Virus genome (UHGV): UHGV-0385297
Direction: 5' to 3' (one strand)
Length of the DNA stretch: 64,000 nucleotides
DNA from: a virus
A program made the position numbers and the translations under genes. The notes under the pieces were generated by a model, which saw nothing but the letters and a program-made list of their open reading frames with translations, ran no database searches and was not told where the DNA came from. Within the stretch, counting starts at the first letter, position 1. Every line of letters starts with the position of its first letter. Positions 1-8,977 of this stretch are shown one piece after another.

Positions 1-1848
1 AGAGAAAAAATCCCGTCCAATTTCAGTGTAGAGACAGAACTTGGATTAAATGGAGATGATACTGTAGAAAAGGTAAATATACTTCTTGATAGTATGCCAC
101 GGTTACAGAAGCAAATTACTATTTTGAAAATGAGGAAAGTTCCTGTAGAAAAAATTAAGAAGATCTTAAATATATCGCAAAGCGATTATGAAAACGCAGT
201 AGAGCGGATTAAGAGAAATGAAAATATGGAAATGTTTTTAAAAGACACGAAATATAATATGGAGGAATATAATATGAAAGACAGAGTAATTGCTATTAGC
301 GAATCCGAAGATTACAGAATGGACAAATTACCAATGTTCACATTATTGCAGCAGAAAAAAGATGGTGACATTAACTGTAAATACATTTTACAGAGAAAAC
401 CATTTCAGTGGTCAGAAGAAGAAGCGAATCGTTATTTCTGTAGAATATTAAGTTCTCTTCCTGTTCCTGAAATCGTTTTATGTGAGCAAAAAGTAAAGGA
501 ATTGATTATTGCATATTTAATTGATGGTTTACAGCGTTTATCTTATGCGGAGGCATTTAGAAATAATCGTATTAAAATTGGAAGTGTAGGTGCAGAAAGA
601 CACTTAATTGAATATAGAGAATATTCTTTAGACGAAAACGGAAATCGAATTTTAGATGACAACGGATTTCCAACCTACGAATTAAAAATATGTGATGTTA
701 TTGGAAAATACTACAAAGATCTTCCTGATGAATTAAAAAAGAGATTTGATGTATTTAATTTCAATGTGACTAAGTTTTTTAACTGCACGGATCAGCAAAT
801 TGCGGATCACCTTCGCGACTACAACAACCACTCATCTATGAACAAGGAGCAGTTGGGACTGACCAAGATTACTACCGTAACAGCTGGGAAAATTAAGAAA
901 ATCTCTGAGAAGAATATGTTTTTCAAAAATTGCTGTAAAATCACTACAACTAATGAGACTAAAGGTAAACTGGAACGTGTAGTTGCCGAAGCAATTATGC
1001 TTTTGTTCCATAAGGACGATTGGAAAGCTAAATTGGAAAATGCCTATAAGTATGTAGATGAAAATGCAACAGACGAAGAGTTTGAACAGCTTAATTCTGA
1101 TTTAAACCGTTTGGAATTAGCAATTGGAGAAAATAATAAGGAAGTTACCAAGTTATTTACTCCAGCTGCTATTCCTATGTGGGTGGCGGTATTCAATGAG
1201 TTTACAAAGTATAACATTGAAGATAGCAGATTTGTAGACTTCCTTAATGCATATGTAACCGATTTAAAGGATCGTACAGTAGATGGTGTAAGCATGAAAA
1301 CTTTTAAATCAGAACAGAGTAAAAAGAGAACTACCATCATGGGAAAGATCAATCTGTTGGTTACTCTTATGAAAGATTATTTACATATTGAAGATACAGA
1401 AGAAACAGAAAATACATATGAAGAAACAACTGATGAAAAAGTAACTGAAAACGAGAATAATACAGTAGAAGAGACAACAGAAGATAATGTTACTACAGAA
1501 GAAATGGAATCAGTAGTAACTGAATCACAGTCAGAAGAAGATCATGAGTTACAGTTCGTAAAAGAGGTAGCTGATCCAAATGTAGAACAGGAAGATATTG
1601 AACTGTATAAGGATTTTATTGATGACTATCTTAAGTTAGACTCCTGTGTATACAAAGTTGGTATGCCGGTATTGTTAGCACTTATGGCATATGCTTGTAA
1701 TGCAGAGAAAGACGAAGAGTTTAGTGAATGGCTCAATGAAATGGAAAAACAGCATAGAATTTTCACAGGTTCAGAGAAAGATAATTATGAGAAGTTGAAA
1801 GCAGAATTTCTTCAGTTTTTAGATTCTCATAACAATAAAGCAGCATAA
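1..1848 (+). CDS. DUF262 (ParB/sulfiredoxin-like) domain protein, 5-prime partial (reading frame open from nt 1)
   Basis: Open frame continues upstream of first Met. Motifs ILQRKPFQW and LIDGLQRL match DUF262 N-terminal QR..W and DGQQR signatures. C-terminal half is acidic low-complexity (TEE/EET repeats). No DUF1524/HNH partner domain. Confidence 0.5.
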   Translation, partial: REKIPSNFSVETELGLNGDDTVEKVNILLDSMPRLQKQITILKMRKVPVEKIKKILNISQSDYENAVERIKRNENMEMFLKDTKYNMEEYNMKDRVIAISESEDYRMDKLPMFTLLQQKKDGDINCKYILQRKPFQWSEEEANRYFCRILSSLPVPEIVLCEQKVKELIIAYLIDGLQRLSYAEAFRNNRIKIGSVGAERHLIEYREYSLDENGNRILDDNGFPTYELKICDVIGKYYKDLPDELKKRFDVFNFNVTKFFNCTDQQIADHLRDYNNHSSMNKEQLGLTKITTVTAGKIKKISEKNMFFKNCCKITTTNETKGKLERVVAEAIMLLFHKDDWKAKLENAYKYVDENATDEEFEQLNSDLNRLELAIGENNKEVTKLFTPAAIPMWVAVFNEFTKYNIEDSRFVDFLNAYVTDLKDRTVDGVSMKTFKSEQSKKRTTIMGKINLLVTLMKDYLHIEDTEETENTYEETTDEKVTENENNTVEETTEDNVTTEEMESVVTESQSEEDHELQFVKEVADPNVEQEDIELYKDFIDDYLKLDSCVYKVGMPVLLALMAYACNAEKDEEFSEWLNEMEKQHRIFTGSEKDNYEKLKAEFLQFLDSHNNKAA

Positions 1849-1874
1849 AAAATACATAGAAAGAGGTAAAAGAT

Positions 1875-2264
1875 ATGGCAAAATTGACGGGTTATTATGA
1901 AGTGGCAGAAACGATTCAGAGTGGTGGTAGATATTATTACGCAATCTACGAGGATTATGTTTGTTATCAGGTAGGAGATAAGATTTTAGTTTCAGGAGCA
2001 TGTCACAATATCTTGGAAATTACTTCTATTCTTACACCAGAAGAAGTAAAAGGCAAGGTAAATATCACAGCAGAAGTTATTTGTAAAGTTGATACAGAAG
2101 CATATGAAAAACGTGTTGAAGAACGTAGAAGAAAGATGAAACTTAAGAAAGAATTGGATAAAAGATTAAAAGAAATCGTTAACGAAGGGAAATATGAATG
2201 GGCAGCAGAGAAGAATTCTGAGTTTGCTAAGATGCTGGAAGAATATAAGAAGATGGGAGAATAA
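1875..2264 (+). CDS. hypothetical protein
   Basis: ORF with RBS AAGAGGTAAAAG upstream; no recognisable motif. Confidence 0.35.
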   Translation: MAKLTGYYEVAETIQSGGRYYYAIYEDYVCYQVGDKILVSGACHNILEITSILTPEEVKGKVNITAEVICKVDTEAYEKRVEERRRKMKLKKELDKRLKEIVNEGKYEWAAEKNSEFAKMLEEYKKMGE

Positions 2265-2269
2265 TACAT

Positions 2270-2860
2270 ATGGAACACGTAAATAACATTATGAGTAAAG
2301 CAGATGTGGAAAGATTAAAATCAGATAATTATCAGCCTATTACAGTTACTGCAGGTTATCCAATTACAAGTCATGCAGTCGGTGGTGGAATTTCTGTTGA
2401 AAAGTTTGCGGAAAATATAAAGGGTTCTCTTTCTTTATCTATTAAAAAAGAATCTAATGTAAAAATAAAAATCAAAGATGTAAATATCATTGTAGAGAAT
2501 AAAGTCGTAGAAGTAACTTTTACAGATGGAGATAAACAGAAATCAGTTTGCCGAGAGCCAGATGTGTTCAGTTTAGAGATGGCAATTTCTATTTGTATCA
2601 CAAAACATGTACTTGGTGGAAGCAGTTTATATAATAAGGCAGTTCGCAATGGTCTTAAGTGTTATGAAAATAAGTTAAAGAAAGCAGAAACCGAAGAAAA
2701 AGAGAAAGAAAGAATTGAAAAACGCAAGGCGAAGTTAGCTGCTTATAAGAAGCGTAGAGCTGAGAAACGAAAAGAAGAACAGATCGAAACTCAGAAAGAA
2801 GCATATCTGAGAGCGATGAGAGATTTTAATAAGGAACTTTCTGAAGCTAGTTGCGAATAA
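2270..2860 (+). CDS. hypothetical protein with basic Lys/Arg/Glu-rich coiled-coil C-terminus
   Basis: ORF; C-terminal KKAETEEKEKERIEKRKAK low-complexity. Confidence 0.35.
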   Translation: MEHVNNIMSKADVERLKSDNYQPITVTAGYPITSHAVGGGISVEKFAENIKGSLSLSIKKESNVKIKIKDVNIIVENKVVEVTFTDGDKQKSVCREPDVFSLEMAISICITKHVLGGSSLYNKAVRNGLKCYENKLKKAETEEKEKERIEKRKAKLAAYKKRRAEKRKEEQIETQKEAYLRAMRDFNKELSEASCE

Positions 2861-2867
2861 TACAATG

Positions 2868-2890
2868 GGCGGTAGAAATGCCGCCTTATT
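2868..2890 (+). terminator. putative rho-independent terminator (GGCGG-loop-CCGCC + TTATT)
   Basis: GC stem GGCGG/CCGCC with 8-nt loop followed by T-rich run directly after the stop of the 2270-2860 ORF. Confidence 0.4.
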
Positions 2891-2922
2891 AGAAAAAATG
2901 CATAAGATAGGAGAAAAATAAA

Positions 2923-3261
2923 ATGGTAACAGATGTGACTTATGAGCTGATGAAAATTGGAAACAATCTGACGGATGACACAAAGGCAAATGTAAATACT
3001 GCCGTGGATGACATTAATAACATCGTCAGAGAGATGATTGAGTCAGACAGTCAATTTCAGTTCAAAAAAGGAATTTTCCGTAGGCAGTACAATGCCGATG
3101 TGGAGTATTCTTCTTTCAATACTATTAGGATTCATGTGAAAGATGATAACAGAATCTACTATATTTCAGTAGAGAATTTCCTTAAAGTGCTCTCTTTTAG
3201 GATTTGGAATGAGATCGAAAGATGCGGCAATGGGTTCTATTTGTGGTTCGATAAACAATAA
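2923..3261 (+). CDS. hypothetical protein
   Basis: ORF with RBS GGAGAAAAATAAAATG. Confidence 0.35.
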   Translation: MVTDVTYELMKIGNNLTDDTKANVNTAVDDINNIVREMIESDSQFQFKKGIFRRQYNADVEYSSFNTIRIHVKDDNRIYYISVENFLKVLSFRIWNEIERCGNGFYLWFDKQ

Positions 3262-3337
3262 TTTTTAAAAATAAATATAAATATATGGAGGTAATAACAT
3301 GACACATGAAAAGATAAATATTTAAAAGGAGCGAAAA

Positions 3338-3691
3338 ATGGGTGAATTGAATTTAATTCAGATTGCAAGAGAACTTTTAGCAATCCATGAAGAGTTTCCT
3401 TATCATTTAAAAAATTATGATGATAGCAGTATTCGTGATTTTGTTATGGAAACCTTCACACAGCTATGGGGTAATACAAGCGGAGGTTTTGAAAGCATGG
3501 GTGGTGCGGCAATGACTATTCAGAGAACTTATGTATTTATACCTACAGTTAATGATGAAGATTGCCAGGTATATTTTGGCGGAGCTTATGCATATTCAGT
3601 TCCATATTCGAAAGAATTTGAGGATGATGTTAAAGCGCATAACGTAGCTGGAAAATATCATAAAGGAAAATATTTAAAAGGAGATAAATAA
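3338..3691 (+). CDS. hypothetical protein
   Basis: ORF with RBS AAAGGAGCG; stop overlaps next start (TAATATGG). Confidence 0.4.
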   Translation: MGELNLIQIARELLAIHEEFPYHLKNYDDSSIRDFVMETFTQLWGNTSGGFESMGGAAMTIQRTYVFIPTVNDEDCQVYFGGAYAYSVPYSKEFEDDVKAHNVAGKYHKGKYLKGDK

Positions 3692-3692
3692 T

Positions 3693-5756
3693 ATGGATGG
3701 ATTTATGGAGTTTAAGGAAGCTTTACAGGAACATTTCAATGAAATGCAGAAGGATGCAGACAAATTATTCGAGGTGTTAGTAGATAAGGATGAGCTGTGG
3801 AATACTTATTTAAACAGTTTTCCAGCGGGTACTAACCCTATCTACCGTGAGAGAACTGAACATGATTGTAGCTGCTGTAGACATTTTATTAAGAATATTG
3901 GCGTGGCAGTAGTTATTAAGGATAACCAGATGCATACAATTTGGGAACTTAAATTAAATGACCCTACATATCAGACAGTTGCTAATGCGCTGGATAAATT
4001 CGTAAAAGCTCATGCAGTTTCCGATATTTATTTGAGTAAGTTCAAAAAGATTGGAACAGATTATAATTTTGAAGAAATCAATGGTAAAGCTCATAGATGG
4101 GATCATTTCTTCTTAGAGCTTCCAGATAAGTTTGTAAATCGTACCAGTTCTTCTAACGAAGAAATCAAAGGTCAGTTCCGTGATACCAGAAATGTGTTTA
4201 AGCGTTCTTTAGACGAAATTACTATGGATGCAGTTGATACGGTATTAGAGTTGATCAATTCTAATACTTTATATAAAGGTGAGGAATGGAAAACTGCTCT
4301 GACTGAGTTCAAGAAATACAAAAAGGAATATGACAAGTTAACAACAGCAACAGATAAGGCTCTGTACACTTGGGAAAAATCCATTAAAGCAGGCATGGCG
4401 ATTGGTCGTATTAGAAACCATTCTATTGGCACTCTGCTTGTAAATATCAGTGAAGATATGGATCTCGATTTAGCAGTTAAAAAATATGAGCAGATTGTAG
4501 CCCCCGCCAGCTATAAGCGCCCAAAGGCAATTTTCACTAAAAAGATGTTAGAGGACGCAAAGAAGACCATTACTGAGCTTGGATATATGGATTCATTACA
4601 GAGAAGATTTGCAACTTTGAATGATATTTCAGTAAATAATGTTCTGTTCTCAAATAAGAGTGCTGCAAGAAGAATGGTTGGTGCAGATGATATTTTTGGC
4701 CAGATGGAAAAGGATGTTACTGTAAATCCTAAGAAGTTCTCTAAAGTAGAAGAGATTTCTGCACAGGATTTTATTGACAAGGTGCTTCCAACTGCAAAAG
4801 AAATCGAGGCATTTGTAGAGAATAAACATGAGAAGAACTTTGTATCGTTGATCGCACCAGTAAATCCAGATGCCAAAACTATGTTTAAATGGAACAACGG
4901 TTTATCCTGGGCGTATAGTGGCAATATTACCGATTCAGACATGAAACAGAATGTTAAAGCTGCAGGAGGTAATGTTAACGGTGTGCTTAGATTTTCCATC
5001 ATGTGGAATGAGGCGCAAAATGATAATAGCGATCTTGATGCTCATTGTATTGAACCAGATGGTAATGAAATCTATTTTAGCAATTGCAGGAAACCACAGA
5101 TGTCTAGGATGGGTGGGCAGCTTGATATTGACATTACTAGACCAATGGAACAGATGAAAGGTAAACCTTCAGTAGAGAATATTACATGGGCAGATATGTC
5201 ACGTATGAAACCAGGCGTTTATAAGTTTTTTGTTAATCAGTATGCAGCGAGAGGAAGTAAGGGATTCAAGGCAGAAGTTGAGTTTAATGGTGAGATTTAT
5301 GCATTTGAATACAATCAGCCTGTGCATGGTGATGTTCAGGTTGCAGAAGTAACACTTGATGCCAATGGTAACTTCTCAATTAAAGAGAAATTAGCAGGCA
5401 ATTCATCTATTTCGAGTCGTGAGATTTGGGGTGTAAATACAAATCAGTTTGTCCCTGTATCAGTAATTAGTTACAGTCCAAATTACTTTGATGAGCAGGA
5501 CGGAATTGGTCATAGACATTTATTTTTCTTCTTGAAAGATTGTGTAAATACTGAAGAACCAAATGGATTTTATCTTGAATTTTTAGACAATGATTTAATG
5601 AAACATAAGAGAGTATTTGAAGCATTAGGTGCTAAGTGTCATGTAGAAGATACAGACGATCAGTTATCAGGCATTGGTTTTTCTATGACTAAGAGAGCGG
5701 AACTTGTAATCAAAGTAAAAGGTGCAACTGAGCGTATTATGAAGATTAAATTTTAA
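3693..5756 (+). CDS. large hypothetical protein (687 aa), no recognised motifs
   Basis: Long ORF translationally coupled to upstream gene. N-terminal Cys cluster HDCSCCRH. C-terminal region (PDGNEIYFSN...VYKFFVNQYAARG...EVEFNGEIYAFEY) predicted beta-rich. No Walker or other catalytic signature found. Confidence 0.45.
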   Translation: MDGFMEFKEALQEHFNEMQKDADKLFEVLVDKDELWNTYLNSFPAGTNPIYRERTEHDCSCCRHFIKNIGVAVVIKDNQMHTIWELKLNDPTYQTVANALDKFVKAHAVSDIYLSKFKKIGTDYNFEEINGKAHRWDHFFLELPDKFVNRTSSSNEEIKGQFRDTRNVFKRSLDEITMDAVDTVLELINSNTLYKGEEWKTALTEFKKYKKEYDKLTTATDKALYTWEKSIKAGMAIGRIRNHSIGTLLVNISEDMDLDLAVKKYEQIVAPASYKRPKAIFTKKMLEDAKKTITELGYMDSLQRRFATLNDISVNNVLFSNKSAARRMVGADDIFGQMEKDVTVNPKKFSKVEEISAQDFIDKVLPTAKEIEAFVENKHEKNFVSLIAPVNPDAKTMFKWNNGLSWAYSGNITDSDMKQNVKAAGGNVNGVLRFSIMWNEAQNDNSDLDAHCIEPDGNEIYFSNCRKPQMSRMGGQLDIDITRPMEQMKGKPSVENITWADMSRMKPGVYKFFVNQYAARGSKGFKAEVEFNGEIYAFEYNQPVHGDVQVAEVTLDANGNFSIKEKLAGNSSISSREIWGVNTNQFVPVSVISYSPNYFDEQDGIGHRHLFFFLKDCVNTEEPNGFYLEFLDNDLMKHKRVFEALGAKCHVEDTDDQLSGIGFSMTKRAELVIKVKGATERIMKIKF

Positions 5757-5776
5757 AAATAAAGGAGAATATTATT

Positions 5777-6163
5777 ATGACAACCAATGAATTATTTGTA
5801 AAAGCAACCCGTGAGAATTTTCAGTTCCCATTTAGAGGGATGGTAAATGTTATTGATCTTTGGAGCTTATCATTAACCAATCTGGATTCTGTGTTTAAGG
5901 CGCTTAACGCAGAAGTAAAGAAAACCGAAGAAGAAAGTCTTCTGCATACTAAGTCAAAGGAAGATGAAGAACTTTCCGAAAAGATTGAGATTGTAAAATA
6001 TATTGTCGGTGTCAAGCTGGAAGAAATTAAGGCAAGAGAAGATGCCAAGAAAAATAGGGAAATGAAACAAAGACTTCTGGAAATCAAAGCAAAGAGACAG
6101 GATGCAGCGTTAGAGAATATGTCTGATGAAGAGTTGGATAAAGCTCTTGCTGAATTAGATTAA
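5777..6163 (+). CDS. hypothetical protein, charged coiled-coil
   Basis: ORF with RBS AAAGGAGAAT. Confidence 0.4.
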   Translation: MTTNELFVKATRENFQFPFRGMVNVIDLWSLSLTNLDSVFKALNAEVKKTEEESLLHTKSKEDEELSEKIEIVKYIVGVKLEEIKAREDAKKNREMKQRLLEIKAKRQDAALENMSDEELDKALAELD

Positions 6164-6253
6164 TAGATTTTATCGAGTTAGATTAACAATACACTAGGGT
6201 TGGTTGGTGTCATAACTAATCAACCTATTTCTAAAAATATAGCAAAGGAAAAC

Positions 6254-6883
6254 ATGATTATGACAAATTATGAGAAGTATAAAGATGAGATCGATAAAAT
6301 CTGGAATGATGGAAAGGTTATTGGTGTCACCGAAGATTGTAAGGTAACAAGCTGTGATGAAATTTTGTCTTGCAATGAATGTATTTTTAATGAAGAGTGT
6401 GATTTAAAATCACAGAAATGGCTCGTATCTGAATACAAAGATCTAGCAGAAGATGTAGATTGGAGCAAAGTAATAGTAGATACACCCGTATTAGTAAGGG
6501 ATTATGAGACTGATAAATGGAATCCAAGATATTTTGCTGGGATTAATGAGGATGGAAATGTTATTGCATTTGACAGCGGCGCCACATCTTGGTCAGATGA
6601 CGGAGAAAACCTTACTGTAAATTGGAAACAAGCCAAACTTGCTAATCCAGACGATTTGAAGAAATCTGACTTTCATCAGGAGAAGAAAGACTATACTGAC
6701 AATGAATTAATCGATATGCTGGTAGCAAATTATGTTGAAAAAGCAGAAGATGATACATATTTCAGTCGGGAAAATTATAAAGAGTTTCTTGTATCAGTAT
6801 ATTGGTTCTGGAAAGCTAATATGAACAATTTCAATAAAGAGAAAATTGTCAAAGCAGTTAAATTAATGTTAGAAGTAGAATAG
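6254..6883 (+). CDS. hypothetical protein
   Basis: ORF track begins at a TTG at 6200; first ATG with RBS (AAAGGAAAAC) is at 6254. Confidence 0.35.
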   Translation: MIMTNYEKYKDEIDKIWNDGKVIGVTEDCKVTSCDEILSCNECIFNEECDLKSQKWLVSEYKDLAEDVDWSKVIVDTPVLVRDYETDKWNPRYFAGINEDGNVIAFDSGATSWSDDGENLTVNWKQAKLANPDDLKKSDFHQEKKDYTDNELIDMLVANYVEKAEDDTYFSRENYKEFLVSVYWFWKANMNNFNKEKIVKAVKLMLEVE

Positions 6884-6892
6884 GAGACCATC

Positions 6893-7066
6893 ATGAGAAA
6901 AGATAAAAAACGATTAATTGGTTCTGGATTATATCTTTGTGGATTTGTTTCGTATGTTACTTTTATGGGATTATTGAACAAGTGTGGAGCTAATGCTGGA
7001 TTATATGGATTAGGTGCTTCCATTAGTGCAGTTGTTTTTTGCGGTGCATTGTATAGTTTACATTAG
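6893..7066 (+). CDS. small hydrophobic protein (two predicted TM segments)
   Basis: 57-aa ORF MRKDKKRLIGSGLYLCGFVSY... with RBS TAGGAGACC; glycine-rich TM helices. Confidence 0.3.
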   Translation: MRKDKKRLIGSGLYLCGFVSYVTFMGLLNKCGANAGLYGLGASISAVVFCGALYSLH

Positions 7067-7075
7067 GAGGTTTAT

Positions 7076-7423
7076 ATGGGTAAAGTCGGGAATGTAGAAG
7101 TTGAATGGAGCGGTGGATATCCATGTTTGTGCCATGGCAAATGGACATTAAAAGTAGATGGAAGAGACGTTTCAGATAAGATTCCAGAAGATCTGAGAAA
7201 AGATGACATGAATACATATAAATCATATCGAAAATGGCATTTTAATGAAGATTATCGTGAAGAATGGGAATATTATAATGACGGTCTGAGATGTGAAGAT
7301 TGGATTAAAGTCAATGGCTATTGGCTCAATAAAATCGTTGCAGATAAAGATATTCAGAAGTGTGTATTTTATGCAATCAATGAGGAAGATTGGAGACATA
7401 GTAGCTGTGGCGGATGTGTCTAA
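7076..7423 (+). CDS. hypothetical protein
   Basis: ORF with RBS TTAGGAGG. Confidence 0.4.
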   Translation: MGKVGNVEVEWSGGYPCLCHGKWTLKVDGRDVSDKIPEDLRKDDMNTYKSYRKWHFNEDYREEWEYYNDGLRCEDWIKVNGYWLNKIVADKDIQKCVFYAINEEDWRHSSCGGCV

Positions 7424-7462
7424 AAAGGTAAAAAACAAATTTTAATATAATAAAAGGAGAAA

Positions 7463-8080
7463 ATGATTATGATGAACAATTTTTTAAACGGTATGTTTGG
7501 TAAAGTAGGAAGTGGTATGTGTAGACTTTCCATGAATGGTGGCATTGCAGTTAAAACATCAAATGGATATAAAACATACAATGTGAAGACTGGCAAACTT
7601 ACAAACTGTAGCAATTTTGTATTTGATATTGGTGAAGAGTTTTTCTTTGTTATTCCAACTAATAAAGTAGAAGCAGGAGATATTATCCTGGTTAATGGTA
7701 AGCCCAAATGTGTTATCGAAGCAGATAAAACTAAAATTACAGTTATTAATTATGAAGATTCTACTGTGGAAACTATTCTTCCAGAAAGACATGTTTTTAT
7801 GGGTAATACATATTTCTATGGAAAGATTGTATCTATGTTTGGCAGTGATATTCTTAAGGGAAAGAAAGGCACAAATAATATCTTTAAATATATGATGCTG
7901 TCTCAGATGATGAAGAGTGATGGAAATGCTTCTAGTATGATGAGTGGTAATGGTATGAGTTCTATGCTTCCACTTATGATGATGGGTGGTAATATGGGTA
8001 ATATGTTTGACGGATTATTCGATTTTGATATGGACGTTGATACAGAAAATGATGAAGATGTAGAAGAGGAGGATGCATAA
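7463..8080 (+). CDS. hypothetical protein with Met/Gly/Ser-rich low-complexity segment and acidic tail
   Basis: ORF with RBS AAAGGAGAAAATG. Region MMSGNGMSSMLPLMMMGGNMGNM followed by DFDMDVDTENDEDVEEEDA. Confidence 0.45.
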   Translation: MIMMNNFLNGMFGKVGSGMCRLSMNGGIAVKTSNGYKTYNVKTGKLTNCSNFVFDIGEEFFFVIPTNKVEAGDIILVNGKPKCVIEADKTKITVINYEDSTVETILPERHVFMGNTYFYGKIVSMFGSDILKGKKGTNNIFKYMMLSQMMKSDGNASSMMSGNGMSSMLPLMMMGGNMGNMFDGLFDFDMDVDTENDEDVEEEDA

Positions 8081-8960
8081 TATGGGATGTGGTTCATGGA
8101 CAAGAGATAGTTATGTAGGTTATTCAACAGCAAAAGGTATGAGTGTTTCAACGGATGGTATGATTAGCGGTTCTTATTCTAATCAGGATATGTTTAAGGC
8201 AAGGAATATTGATTCTGCACTTGATCCTAAGAATGTCATTAGAGAGTGTTGCGATACAGAGGAACATCCAAACACAATTCCTGTTATTCTTGCACTTGAT
8301 GTAACTGGTTCTATGGGACAGGCTGCTGTTGAAGTGGCAAAGAAGTTAAATGTAATTATGACTAAGTTATATGAAAAGGTTACAGATGTTGAGTTCCTTA
8401 TCATGGGTATTGGTGATTTGGCTTGTGATAGCTGTCCAATTCAGGCTTCACAGTTTGAATCAGATATTCGTATTGCTGAACAGCTTGATAAGATTTATTT
8501 TGAATTTGGCGGTGGTGGAAACAGTTATGAATCCTATACAGCAGCATGGTATTTCGGTTCTCGTCACACAAAGCTTGATTGTTTAAATCGTGGAAGAAAA
8601 GGAATTATTATTACAATGGGAGATGAGCAGTTAAATCCATATCTTCCATTTAAGGGTAGAGGTCATGGTTTATCAGAGGTAACAGGTGATAATCTTCAGT
8701 CTGATGTAGAGACTAAGGATTTATACGAAGAGGCTTCTCAAAAGTTTAACATTTATCATTTAGATGTAAATCATACTCGCAGATGGGATGAAGAAGAAAT
8801 TGAGAAGTCTTACAAGAAGTATCTTGATGATACACACTTTAGAAGAGTAACTATGGATAGTATTACAAATGAGATTGTAGATATTATTGTTAGTGAAGCA
8901 GAGAATAATGTTACAGATATAGTTACTACACTTTCTAATTCAGAAGGAATTACTTGGTAG
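8073..8960 (+). CDS. von Willebrand factor type A (vWA) domain protein with MIDAS motif
   Basis: LALDVTGSMGQ (DxSGSM MIDAS), downstream GGGGNSYES and ITMGDEQ motifs typical of vWA fold. Confidence 0.6.
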   Translation: MHNMGCGSWTRDSYVGYSTAKGMSVSTDGMISGSYSNQDMFKARNIDSALDPKNVIRECCDTEEHPNTIPVILALDVTGSMGQAAVEVAKKLNVIMTKLYEKVTDVEFLIMGIGDLACDSCPIQASQFESDIRIAEQLDKIYFEFGGGGNSYESYTAAWYFGSRHTKLDCLNRGRKGIIITMGDEQLNPYLPFKGRGHGLSEVTGDNLQSDVETKDLYEEASQKFNIYHLDVNHTRRWDEEEIEKSYKKYLDDTHFRRVTMDSITNEIVDIIVSEAENNVTDIVTTLSNSEGITW

Positions 8961-8977
8961 GATAGGAGATTTAAGAG

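Noticed and set aside
1044-2278. Minus-strand ORFs from the six-frame track (e.g. 1044-1352, 1819-2001, 2003-2278 and similar throughout the window)
   Set aside because: All lie antisense inside stronger +-strand genes that have RBSs and recognisable domains. They show low-complexity composition and no RBS, so they were treated as frame shadows.
3693-5756. Ro60/TROVE or CobT identity for the 687-aa protein (because a vWA protein lies downstream)
   Set aside because: No motif-level support visible by eye. The vWA gene is several genes away and separately encoded. Left as hypothetical.
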